64,000 nucleotides of DNA, taken from Rebecca billardiae RCC1528 (taxonomy: Eukaryota; Protista; Haptophyta). The position numbers and the translations under genes are program-made. The notes below the pieces were generated by a model. That model was given only the letters and a program-made list of their open reading frames with translations, searched no databases and was not told where the DNA came from. Each line of letters opens with the position of its first letter. Positions within the stretch are counted from its first letter, which is position 1. Positions 38,212-47,559 of this stretch are shown here, one piece after another. Where the stretch lies: the NCBI GenBank assembly GCA_965240325.2, contig OZ251225.1, positions 1,736,001-1,800,000 of the forward strand. The letters are read 5' to 3'.

Positions 38212-38357
38212 TGAAGAACCACAGCCGGTGGCGTTGGCCGTGGCGCCCGTGGCCGGTGCCGTCTCGGAATGAGCCGCCCGATGCCGGCGCTCGCTCGAAC
38301 GCAAGCTGGCCGTGATGGCCGCCGGGAGAGCACCACGACGAGCCACGCTTCACGGCT

Positions 38358-40526
38358 TCATCGGCCAGCAGCGTCGCGAGCTGACGGGACCCTCCTGGCC
38401 ATCACCACAGGTATGTCCTGTGGTTGCTGCCGTCGTGCTGCCCCCGCCGCCATCGATGATGATGGTCGTCCTGGCGCAGCGGTAGTGTTGATGCTTGCCG
38501 GTAATCCCTGGTCGTAGTTGCCAGTGGCAGCCCGGATTGCGTCACCTGCATTGCCACGCTGATGCAGCTCGTCCAGGGCAAGGGCACCATCATCGACCAC
38601 CCCGTCGTCAACCGAGTGGATCGTGCCATCTGGCAAGCGCCAGCGGACGATGGTGACTGCGACGAGCGGCGGCGGTGCCGGCAGCTGCGGCGCGGCGTCC
38701 GAAACAGCCGCAATGCGACTGGGGTGTTTGTGCCGTCGCTTCGCTGCGCGTGTGCCCTGGTCGCCGGTGCCATGCTCCAGCCTGCGCTTGGGGACGGCGA
38801 GCCGACTGAACACCATGCCGGCCAGCTTGTGCGCAGCGCACCGGCTGGCGCGCGCGTCGCCCGGCATGCCGAACGAAGGCCTCGTGGTGCAGCCGGTGTG
38901 ATCACACTTGCGGCTGCTCACGTCGACCATGCCGGCCAGCTTGTGCGCAGCGCACCGGCTGGCGCGCGCGTCGCCCGGCATGCCGAAGTAAGGCCGCGTG
39001 GTGCAGCCGGTGTGACCACACTTGGGGTTCGTCACGTCGACCATGCCGGCCAGCTTGTGCGTAGCGCACCGGCTGGCGCGCGCGGCGCCCGGCACGCCGA
39101 ACGAAGGCTGCTTGGTGCAGCCCGCGTGACCACACTTGCGGCTGCTCACGTCGACCATGCCGGCCAGCTTGTGCGCAGCGCACCGGCTGGCGCGCGCGTC
39201 GCCCGGCATGCCGAAGTACGGCCGCGTGGTGCAGCCGGTGTGACCACACTTGCGGCTGCTCACGTCGACCATGCCGGCCAGCTTGTGCGCAGCGCACCGG
39301 CTGGCGCGCGCGTCGCCCGGCATGCCGAAGTAAGGCCCCTTGGTGCAGCCCGCGTGATCACACTTGCGGCTGCTCACGTCGACCATGCCGGCCAGCTTGT
39401 GCGTAGCGCACCGGCTGGCGCGCGCGTCGCCCGGCATGCCAAAGTAAGGCTGCTTGGTGCAGCCGGTGTGACCACACTTGCGGCTGCTCACGTCGACCAT
39501 GCCGGCCAGCTTATGCGCAGCGCACCGGCTGGCGTGCGCGTCGCCCGGCATGCCGAACGTAGGCCGCGTGGTGCAGCCGGTGTGATCACACTTGGGGTGC
39601 TTCACGTCGACCATGCCGGCCAGCTTGTGAGTAGCGCACCGGCTGGCGCGCGCGTCGCCTGGCATGCCGAACAAAGGCCGCGTGGTGCAGCTAGCGTGAC
39701 CACACTTGCGGCTGCTCACGTCGACCATGCCGGCCAGCTTGTGCGCAGCGCACCGGCTGGCGTGCGCGTCGCCCGGCATGCCGAACGTAGGCCGCGTGGT
39801 GCAGCTAGCGTGACCACACTTGCGGCTGCTCACGTCGACCATGCCGGCCAGCTTATGCGCAGCGCACCGGCTGGCGTGCGCGTCGCCCGGCATGCCAAAG
39901 TAAGGCTGCTTGGTGCAGCCGGTGTGACCACACTTGGGGTGGCTCACGTCGACCATGCCGGCCAGCTTGTGAGTAGCGCACCGGCTGGCGCGCGCGTCGC
40001 CCGGCATGCCGAACGTAGGCCGCGTGGTGCAGCCGGCGTGATCACACTTGGGGTGCTTCACGTCGACCATGCCGGCCAGCTTGTGCGCAGCGCACCGGCT
40101 GGCGTGCGCGTCGCCCGGCATGCCGAACGTAGGCCGCGTGGTGCAGCCGGTGTGATCACACTTGGGGCTGCTCACGTCGACCATGCCGGCCAGCTTGTGC
40201 GTAGCGCACCGGCTGGCGCGCGCGTCGCCCGGCATGCCAAAGTAAGGCTGCTTGGTGCAGCCGGTGTGACCACACTTGGGGTGGCTCACGTCGACCATGC
40301 CGGCCAGCTTGTGAGTAGCGCACCGGCTGGCGCGCGCGTCGCCCGGCATGCCGAAAGAAGGCCCCTTGGTGCAGCTCGCGTGATCACACTTGGGGTTCTT
40401 CACGTCGACCATGCCGGCCAGCTTGTGCGCAGCGCACCGGCTGGCGCGCGCGTCGCCCGGCATGCCGAACGAAGGCTGCGTGGTGCAGCCGGCGTGACCA
40501 CACTTGCGGCTGCTCACGTCGACCAT
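38358..40526 (-). CDS. EsV-1-7-like Cys-rich (C-x4-C-x16-C-x2-H) tandem repeat protein, 15 x 38 aa; native 5' end probably lost
   Basis: 114-nt repeats from 40526 to 38817 encode MVDVxxxKCxHxxCTxxPxFGMPGDAxASRCAxHKLAG. NLS-like PKRR/AKRRHK follows. First in-frame ATG is at 40526; the upstream open frame runs into transposon TIR sequence. Confidence 0.8.
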   Translation of the reverse strand: MVDVSSRKCGHAGCTTQPSFGMPGDARASRCAAHKLAGMVDVKNPKCDHASCTKGPSFGMPGDARASRCATHKLAGMVDVSHPKCGHTGCTKQPYFGMPGDARASRCATHKLAGMVDVSSPKCDHTGCTTRPTFGMPGDAHASRCAAHKLAGMVDVKHPKCDHAGCTTRPTFGMPGDARASRCATHKLAGMVDVSHPKCGHTGCTKQPYFGMPGDAHASRCAAHKLAGMVDVSSRKCGHASCTTRPTFGMPGDAHASRCAAHKLAGMVDVSSRKCGHASCTTRPLFGMPGDARASRCATHKLAGMVDVKHPKCDHTGCTTRPTFGMPGDAHASRCAAHKLAGMVDVSSRKCGHTGCTKQPYFGMPGDARASRCATHKLAGMVDVSSRKCDHAGCTKGPYFGMPGDARASRCAAHKLAGMVDVSSRKCGHTGCTTRPYFGMPGDARASRCAAHKLAGMVDVSSRKCGHAGCTKQPSFGVPGAARASRCATHKLAGMVDVTNPKCGHTGCTTRPYFGMPGDARASRCAAHKLAGMVDVSSRKCDHTGCTTRPSFGMPGDARASRCAAHKLAGMVFSRLAVPKRRLEHGTGDQGTRAAKRRHKHPSRIAAVSDAAPQLPAPPPLVAVTIVRWRLPDGTIHSVDDGVVDDGALALDELHQRGNAGDAIRAATGNYDQGLPASINTTAAPGRPSSSMAAGAARRQQPQDIPVVMARRVPSARDAAGR

Positions 40527-40584
40527 GCCGGCCAGCTTGTGCGCAGCGCACCGGCTGGCGTTGTGCGTCGCCGAGCCAAGCCGG

Positions 40585-40626
40585 AAGGGTGTCCAGGGTC
40601 CGCAACTCGCACTGCGCAGCTCGGCA
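40585..40626 (+). mobile_element. Orphan diverged terminus related to the foldback element
   Basis: AAGGGTGTCCAGGGTCCGCAAC is identical to TIR positions 2-23, then diverges. No partner end found in the window. Confidence 0.7.
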
Positions 40627-40667
40627 AGCTCGGCAGCTGCCAGCTTGGCCCGGCGGCCAGCCAGGAT

Positions 40668-41779
40668 CAAGGGTGTCCAGGGTCCGCAACAGCCAGTGCG
40701 CAGCGCGGCAGAGGCTGTGACAGAGCGAGGTCGCCGCTCGCCAGTGGGACTCGCCCGCCCGCCGCCGTGCACGGCGGCGGAGCCGCTCGCGCCGTGCGCT
40801 CCTGCGGCCGTCGGATCGGGCTGCGTAGGCGGCGCGCGGCTTGGGCCGTCGCTGAGCCACCCAGCGCCCCTCGCTGCGCCGCGCGCCTTCCTCGTCCTCG
40901 CCTCCTCCGCGCCTTGAAGCAGCACGCACACGCGCGGCGCCGCCACAAAAGCAGCGCAGGCGCTCGCGTGCAAGCGCGCGCGCGCAGCGCGCGACGGGCT
41001 CGACTCAGGGCTCGCGCCGCTGCGGGGGCATGCAGCACCATCACATGCGCGCGCGACGCCACCTCGAGCCTGCGCGTTTGACCGTCAGTGCACGCTGATG
41101 CACGTTACAAAATGGTCTGACTTGGCATCATCACACGTGCGACGGAAGCTTCCACAACGGGCCTTGAGTACGTCGACGCGATCGATGCGGGGACGGTTAT
41201 GCTTGCGTGCGCTTCTCTTGTGGTCTCCACGCTTGCTGAGAAGCGCCGCGTACGTAGCTGTCATCGTGTCTTGCCTAAGAAGTCGTCCTGACGCATGGCA
41301 GGTTCTGGTCAGATTGGGCCTACTTCAACACGAGGACGTGTGAGCATTTGGCGCGTGACGGTCACAGCGATGCGCAAGTTCGAGGTGGCGTCGCGCGCGC
41401 ATGTGATGGTGCTGCATGCCCCCGCAGCGGCGCGAGCCCTGAGTCGAGCCCGTCGCGCGCTGCGCGCGCGCGCTTGCACGCGAGCGCCTGCGCTGCTTTT
41501 GTGGCGGCGCCGCGCGTGTGCGTGCTGCTTCAAGGCGCGGAGGAGGCGAGGACGAGGAAGGCGCGCGGCGCAGCGAGGGGCGCTGGGTGGCTCAGCGACG
41601 GCCCAAGCCGCGCGCCGCCTACGCAGCCCGATCCGACGGCCGCAGGAGCGCACGGCGCGAGCGGCTCCGCCGCCGTGCACGGCGGCGGGCGGGCGAGTCC
41701 CACTGGCGAGCGGCGACCTCGCGATGTCACAGCCTCTGCCGCGCTGCGCACTGGCTGTTGCGGACCCTGGACACCCTTG
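40668..41779. mobile_element. Foldback non-autonomous DNA transposon (P/Galileo-like), copy 1
   Basis: About 400-bp inverted arms (40668-41067 / 41380-41779), termini CAAGGG...CCCTTG, 7-bp TSD CCAGGAT, spacer about 312 bp. Confidence 0.9.
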
Positions 41780-41821
41780 CCAGGATGGCTGCCGTCCCGC
41801 AACAATGACGGTGATGGAGCG

Positions 41822-42322
41822 ATGACGGCGCGCGACGACGAGGCCGCAGCCGTGGAGTACGTGTGCGGCGACGGCGGGCTCTTTCCGCGCGAGTGTGCGG
41901 AGGACTTTGCCGAGTGTGCGCGCAAGCTCGAGGGCGTGCGCGCCGTTCGTGAGCGTGCCAGCGGAGCCGCAGCGACGGCCGCGCCGAGGCCGGGGCCGGC
42001 GGCGCGTCCGGCCGCGCCGGCGCCGGCCGCGCCGGCGTGCGCGGGCACCGGCCCCGCGCCCGCCAGCGCGAGCATAACTGAGCGAGTCGCCGCGCTCGGC
42101 CTTCCCGCGACGTACGCGCCGCGCTACCGCGTCAAATTTGCGCTCGCGCCCGAGCCGAGCGGGCGGCGGCCGCGCGGTCTGAGCGAGGCGGCGGCCGCGG
42201 CCGCGCACGAGACGGCGCTGCTGTACGAGGACTTTGCGCAGCGCGCGGGCCTGGAGTCGCTGCTTGTGCTGCGCGCCTCGCGCCTCGCCCTGCCCGTCTC
42301 CGCCGCCTATATTCGTCATTAA
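41822..42322 (+). pseudogene. DHX34: N-terminal fragment of a DHX34-like RNA helicase, ending before helicase motif I
   Basis: LGLPATYAPRYRVKFAL...ALLYEDFAQRAGLESLLVLRASRLALPV resembles the DHX34 N-terminus as I recall it (LPRTYDPRYRINL...ALLHYLDFGQK...ERAALPI). Stop follows at once and no helicase exons are visible before the next gene. Confidence 0.65.
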
Positions 42323-42520
42323 GTGCACGCGCTGTCGATCACGATGCAGCTAATGATGCTGATATGAGTTGCCGGCAGGCTGACGCACTCAGATTCGGCG
42401 GTCAATCACGCGGCCCATCATTTATTATGTACATCAGTACGTGTCATCGTCATCTGATTATCATCAGACCTCAGCAGATATGCCACGCGCTGCCGCCATG
42501 AAGCGCCAGAGGCTTCATCG

Positions 42521-44206
42521 TCATCTGCTGTTATCATCGTGATCGTCGTCAGCATCGTCATCGATCTGCTGCGGTCGCTCGGGCGGAGGGCACTGCTTCC
42601 GCTTATTGGGGTGCGCGCGGCACCATGCGTCGATGGCATGCCGCCCGCGCGCGAGCTCGCGCTCGAGGGCGAGGCGGTGCGACTGGTCCACCTCGTACCG
42701 CGTCGAGTGCTGCCCGATGTGGTGCGTCACCCGGAACGGCCCCTTCTTGGTGCGCGCGCGGCCGTACACGGCGCTCATCCAGTCGTCCATGTACCAGTCA
42801 GTGAAGACAGGCGGGTAGTACGTGCGGAAGATGGAGAGGTGGGTGCGGTGGACGAGGTCGTGCGTGAGGATGTTCACGTTGCCCTCGTTGCACACGGGCC
42901 CGACCACGCCCACGTTGCCCCACGCGCGCAGCTGCGCCACGGCCGTGCTCGTCCACCGCTTCCCATGCAGTTCCGTGTCGTCGTTGATTCGGTATAAATA
43001 GTCGGCGCCGTCGTCGGCGGCCGCGGCCATCATGAAGTTGAAGACGGGGCCGGGCTTGCGCACGTCGTTCTCGAAGCGCAGCAGGCACACGCGCAGCCGC
43101 ACCCCTCGCGCCTCGAGCCGGCGCGTCACGTGCTCGTCGAGCCACAGCAGCACGCGCGCGCGCGCGGACGCGCTGTCGAAGAAGCGGTCGCCCACGTCGG
43201 TAGCCAAGTAAAGCCAGTACTCGTACCCGGCCTCGGCGGTCTTGACGAGGGACGGGAGCATGATCGAGAAGAGGGCGAGGTCCGAGAGCGAGCGCACGGT
43301 CAGCGAGCGCGTCGTCGCCGACACGCCGATCGCCACCACCGTCGCCGCGGGGTCGGCGCGCGCGAGCCGCTCCTCGCGGCCGCGCAGCGCGGCGCGCAGC
43401 ACGGCCTCAAACTGTGCGACGTACTCGCGCTCGCGCTGCTTGAGCTCCTCGCCGCCCGGCTCGCGCCGGTCGCAGTCGAGCTGGGTCCACTCGGTCTGCA
43501 GCGCGGGCGGCATCCCGCCCCAGCTCGAGCCCACGCGCATCTCTGGGTGCCGGCTGCGCAGCTGTGCGCACCGCTCGGCAGTGGTCACCGCCGGCACCTC
43601 GCCGCCGCCACCGTCGGCGCCGTCGTCGCGATCGTCGGCGGCGGCCTCGCGGTCGAGTTCTGCGCGCAGTTCTCGGAAGGAGTCGACACCGGGCCAGCCC
43701 GCTCCCACGGAAGGCGATCTCGGCGCCGGCTCCGCTGCGCTCGCTGCATCCTGCGCGAGCTCCCCTTGCGCCGGCGCCTCCGGTGCCGCGCCGTGCGCAG
43801 GCGGCAGCCATTGGTCCTCGCTTGGCGTGCGCAGCCCGCGCTCGAGGCGCGTCTGCTCGTCGACATGCCAGTCGCAGTCGAGGGCCCGCCAGGTCTCGAT
43901 CGAGCCTTCCGGGAGCGAGCCCCAGCTCTGCCCGACCACCACGCCGTACTCGGCGTGCAGGGCCTGGCACGTCGCCGACGCGTTGATGTGCGAGGAAGCG
44001 GCAGGCTCGGGCGCCTCCCTGTTGGCAGGCGGGGTAAGGGCCGAAGGGCCCTGCCGCCTGCCGAGGAAGGCAAAGTAGAGGGCGTTGCCGACCATCGCCG
44101 CGGTCACGAGGCAGAATAGCAGCATGGGAAGCGTTAGCCATCGCCCGCCACCTCGTCGCACAGGCGAGTGGCCTTGCGTGGACGTGGACGTCATCGAGAC
44201 CTCCAT
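42521..44206 (-). CDS. Type II membrane GT-A-fold glycosyltransferase with two SWG Cys motifs
   Basis: N-terminal TM (LPMLLFCLVTAAMVGNALYFAFL). Motifs YLATDVGDRFFD, ADYLYRINDDTEL (DxD-like), GVVGP, ILTHDLVHRTH and DWYMDDWMSAVYG. Start at 44206 or 44194. Confidence 0.8.
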   Translation of the reverse strand: MEVSMTSTSTQGHSPVRRGGGRWLTLPMLLFCLVTAAMVGNALYFAFLGRRQGPSALTPPANREAPEPAASSHINASATCQALHAEYGVVVGQSWGSLPEGSIETWRALDCDWHVDEQTRLERGLRTPSEDQWLPPAHGAAPEAPAQGELAQDAASAAEPAPRSPSVGAGWPGVDSFRELRAELDREAAADDRDDGADGGGGEVPAVTTAERCAQLRSRHPEMRVGSSWGGMPPALQTEWTQLDCDRREPGGEELKQREREYVAQFEAVLRAALRGREERLARADPAATVVAIGVSATTRSLTVRSLSDLALFSIMLPSLVKTAEAGYEYWLYLATDVGDRFFDSASARARVLLWLDEHVTRRLEARGVRLRVCLLRFENDVRKPGPVFNFMMAAAADDGADYLYRINDDTELHGKRWTSTAVAQLRAWGNVGVVGPVCNEGNVNILTHDLVHRTHLSIFRTYYPPVFTDWYMDDWMSAVYGRARTKKGPFRVTHHIGQHSTRYEVDQSHRLALERELARGRHAIDAWCRAHPNKRKQCPPPERPQQIDDDADDDHDDNSR

Positions 44207-44366
44207 CGTGCCATTCGTGGGTGGCGAGGATCGGCGCATTTTGCGCTGCAGGACCGGCGCAGTGTCCACCCGGACCGGACAGCTCGGTCGCGGCTTTCGT
44301 CGGCCATCGGCAATCGCGGACGAGACGCGCGCCGCCGACGTCGCGAGCGCCGTCCATCTCGAGACG

Positions 44367-45995
44367 ATGGTGAACTTCAAGGCCTCGTCGCACGTGGGCG
44401 CGCACAAGCGCGCGCAGGCCGGCGGTGCGTCGGAGCACGTGAGCAAGACCGACAAGCTCGCCACGCCCGCCACGCATGACTCGGTTGCATCGCCCGACAG
44501 CGCGCAGGCGCCGATCGCGCTGCACGTGGAGGTGGTCGAGCTGCGGCCCCCGCCGGCGGCGGAGGTGCGCGACCTCAAGTCGTGCCTCGTGTGTGCATCC
44601 ACGCTCGCTCGCCTCGCAGCCGCGGCCGGCGGTGGCCCCACCTTCCTCCGCCGCCCCGGGGGCGACTGCGTGCTCACCGCGCGCGCCTCGGCCGAGATGG
44701 CGGCGCCTGCGGAGACAATCTGGCTCACGGAGGCGCAGGCGCGCAACCTGCGCGTGTGTGGCGGCGAGCGGTACACATTCGTGCCCTGGGCGCCCGAGCC
44801 CGGCTCGCTGCCCCTCGGCGCCGTCTTCGCCGAGTGCTGGCTGCTCCAGCCGCTGCGCGCGGACGAGCCCCAGCCGACGATCGACGGCGGCGCGCTCAAC
44901 GCCAGGGTGGCGCGCGCGCTCTTCTCGCACGTTGTCTCGGTGAACGAGCTGCTCAGCATCCGCGCGCCGACGGAGGGCGAGGGTGGCACGGAGCTCGACC
45001 TCGTGCTGCGCGTGACCAGCGTGCTGCCGCAGTCCGCCGACGGCGCCGACGGCGCGGCCGCCGCCGACTCGGAGTCTGCAGTGTCACCGCCGCACGTGTG
45101 GCGCGGCGTTGTGGGCGCCTCCACCGAGGCGCTCGTGTCGCCGCTGGTGCTGGTGAGCGACACCGCGCTCGACGGACACCGGCAGCCGAGCACCCGCTTC
45201 GCGCTCTCCGGCGCGGACGCCACCCTCGCCCGGATGCGCGCGCTCGAGCACGCGCCGCGCCGGCACGTCCTCTCGCTGGTGGCCAACGACGGCGAAGCGT
45301 TCCCGGTGCACGCCGCGCTGCTCAAGCCGTGCATCGCCCTCTCGCGCGGCGTGCGCGAGGCGGTGCGCCAGCTGGACGCGGCGCCGGGCGCGGGCGCGCA
45401 GCTCGCCGTCGACGTGGACACGCTCTCGCTCGACAAGGTCCTGCTCTACCTCGAGTCGGAGCTGCGCTCCACGACCTTCGCCCTCGACGTCGCGACGGCT
45501 GAGCAGCTGCGGCCGGTCGCCGCCAAGCTGGGCTGCCGCGGGCTGACGGAGCGGTGCGACGGCGTGCTCGGCGACTTCGCGGCGCGGCTGCGCGTGTACC
45601 GCTGGTCCGAGGTCGTCGAGCACAACGCGCGCGGCGGCTGCTGGATCGTGATGGACGGCATGGTCTGCGACGTGGAGCGATGGCTGCCCGAGCACCCGGG
45701 CGGCGAGACCATCATCCCGCAGCAGGCGCGCGGCGTCGACTCGACCGTCTGGTTTGAGCTGTACCACGCGTCGCGCGAGAGCTTCGTGCTGCTCAAGGAG
45801 TTCTACATCGGCGAGATCGCCGCCGAGGACCTCGCGCTCGTGCCCACCTCCGCCGACGCCAACGGACTCGGCCAGATGGCCGGGCGCGCGTCGGACGACT
45901 TCATGCAGCAGCTGCGTAACTTCTGCGACTCATTCCGCATCGACCCGACCGCGCACGCGCAGGCCGCGGTGGAGCCGGCGTTCAAGAGCTTCTAG
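44367..45995 (+). CDS. Multidomain protein: NSF/CDC48-N-like + Skp1/BTB-like + C-terminal cytochrome b5 heme-binding domain
   Basis: YRWSEVVEHN...CWIVMDGMVCDVERWLPEHPGG...FELYHAS is clearly cyt b5. LSLVANDGEAFPV...VDVDTLSLDKVLLYL is Skp1/BTB-like. The N-domain call is tentative. Confidence 0.78.
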   Translation: MVNFKASSHVGAHKRAQAGGASEHVSKTDKLATPATHDSVASPDSAQAPIALHVEVVELRPPPAAEVRDLKSCLVCASTLARLAAAAGGGPTFLRRPGGDCVLTARASAEMAAPAETIWLTEAQARNLRVCGGERYTFVPWAPEPGSLPLGAVFAECWLLQPLRADEPQPTIDGGALNARVARALFSHVVSVNELLSIRAPTEGEGGTELDLVLRVTSVLPQSADGADGAAAADSESAVSPPHVWRGVVGASTEALVSPLVLVSDTALDGHRQPSTRFALSGADATLARMRALEHAPRRHVLSLVANDGEAFPVHAALLKPCIALSRGVREAVRQLDAAPGAGAQLAVDVDTLSLDKVLLYLESELRSTTFALDVATAEQLRPVAAKLGCRGLTERCDGVLGDFAARLRVYRWSEVVEHNARGGCWIVMDGMVCDVERWLPEHPGGETIIPQQARGVDSTVWFELYHASRESFVLLKEFYIGEIAAEDLALVPTSADANGLGQMAGRASDDFMQQLRNFCDSFRIDPTAHAQAAVEPAFKSF

Positions 45996-46792
45996 GAAGG
46001 CCGCGGCTGGACGAGCACAGAGCTGCCAGGCCGTCTTTCGGCCGGCGAGGCTGCTCAACGCGTCGTCGGGCTGGCGGGCAGCGGGCTGCTGCGAGTCAGA
46101 GACTAGTGCGTGAGGCACACGTGACACGACGCGACCGGTTGCCACTGGCTGTGCACATGATGGTTGCGGCGTTGGGGTTACGGCGTTGGTAGTCGACAGT
46201 AGTAGCCGTATGTCGCGCAAGACTGTCGACTGTCCACTGACGGTACGTGTCTGTCCTGATCGAGCTGCTCGTTATTAGCAGCTATGATCTCAGCAGGCGG
46301 ACTGCCGATCATCAATTATTTGACGACGCCGAGTCGTTCATCGATCCGTCCGTGAGACCTACTCCCGAGGCCGAGTAGTACTCGTATTTCGGTCTTTCTG
46401 ACTTTCAGACTTCAGTTTCATCCGCGCGACCGCCAGGCTGCATCGGTCATCATCTGCTACTCAGAGTGCAGGAGCGACCCGCGCCGGCCGAGTCACAGGC
46501 GGGCCATTACAGTCGTAGAAGGCGACGGTAGTGTACTCAGTGTCATCTCCCATCATCATATTCAGCATGATCTGGTGACACTGACAGGTGTCCCGGTGAG
46601 TGCTCTCACTGATGAGTGCATGGTGCCCACATCAAGATGGCTGCTCCGCCGGCGGGAGCCGCACAGCAATTATAATAATATTATAAACTACTGCTAGAGT
46701 ACATACAGGCACTGATCGGCCCGCGATCGAAGCAGTAGCAGCTGGACGGACTTTCAGGGTCGTGTGATGAGGCGCGACGCCTCAGCAAGTGG

Positions 46793-47452
46793 CTAGTGGC
46801 AAGAACGCCCGTGGCGCTTGATCTGATAGTAGTTGTACGGAAGCGGAGCCAGGAAGCCTGCTGCGCTGGACGGAACGAGGCTGGCCCACGATGCCGCCGA
46901 CGTCACGTCGAACTGGCCGCCTGTGAGGTAGAGAGCCACCGCGGACTCCGTGAGTTCCATGGCGCACATGGACACAAAGCTCATGTTGAACGCCGTCCTG
47001 AGGGCGACGCGCCACCCGAAGCCTTCGACCGTGCGGAGCACCACCGTCTCGAGACAGAGGCTGGTCGCAATGCCGCCCACCATCGCCGCGGCCATCGCAG
47101 CCTCCGGGGGCGTGCCCAGGGACTGCAGGTAGAAGAGGGTGGAGAAGTCGCCTATGCTACAGCCGACCAGACACCGCAGCGTATTCTTCGACGCGCGGCT
47201 CCACGTGTGCGGGCATGACCAGAATGCCAGCTCCGTCGCGCTCGAGCTCGTCGCGCTCACACGCGCCGTGCTCGCGCACGGCGGCTCAGAGTGGTCCGAA
47301 TTGGAGTTCGCCGGGTCCGGCGGCGCCGCGGAGGATCGGGTGCACGGCGGCGACGGCGCGTCATGCGGAGCGCGGCAGAGCGCTCGCGCCGCACGGCCAG
47401 CAAGCAGGGGCGATCGCAACGCTCGTCGGCCGAGCATGGCCGCCGCCGCCAT
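46793..47452 (-). CDS. DUF4396-family membrane protein with probable organellar targeting peptide
   Basis: NTLRCLVGCSIGDF...TAFNMSFVSMCAME...AGFLAPLPYNY signature. Arg/Ala-rich N-terminus. Confidence 0.8.
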   Translation of the reverse strand: MAAAAMLGRRALRSPLLAGRAARALCRAPHDAPSPPCTRSSAAPPDPANSNSDHSEPPCASTARVSATSSSATELAFWSCPHTWSRASKNTLRCLVGCSIGDFSTLFYLQSLGTPPEAAMAAAMVGGIATSLCLETVVLRTVEGFGWRVALRTAFNMSFVSMCAMELTESAVALYLTGGQFDVTSAASWASLVPSSAAGFLAPLPYNYYQIKRHGRSCH

Positions 47453-47559
47453 GCAGCATCGATTAATATTCCGGCCAGGATTCCGGCCAGGAGCTGGGCG
47501 AAGGAGCGGGACAAATCGCACGGCGAGTGCCGCATCCGCCCGTCCCCGGTGGCGTCGAG
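47453..47559. promoter_or_regulatory. Putative bidirectional promoter (DUF4396 / CSB) with tandem TTCCGGCCAGGA
   Basis: 107 nt between divergent ATGs. 12-bp direct repeat at 47469-47492. Confidence 0.5.

Noticed and set aside
40527-41821. Both foldback arms read in frame into the neighbouring ORFs (871-aa and 324-aa ORF calls)
   Set aside because: Starts are TTG rather than ATG, the arms are GC-rich and stop-poor, and the peptide has no recognisable features. Likely chance unless transcripts show otherwise.
44207-45436. N-terminal 409 aa of the 971-aa minus-strand ORF, and many other antisense or shifted ORFs over GC-rich genes
   Set aside because: Shadow ORFs of real genes caused by high GC3.
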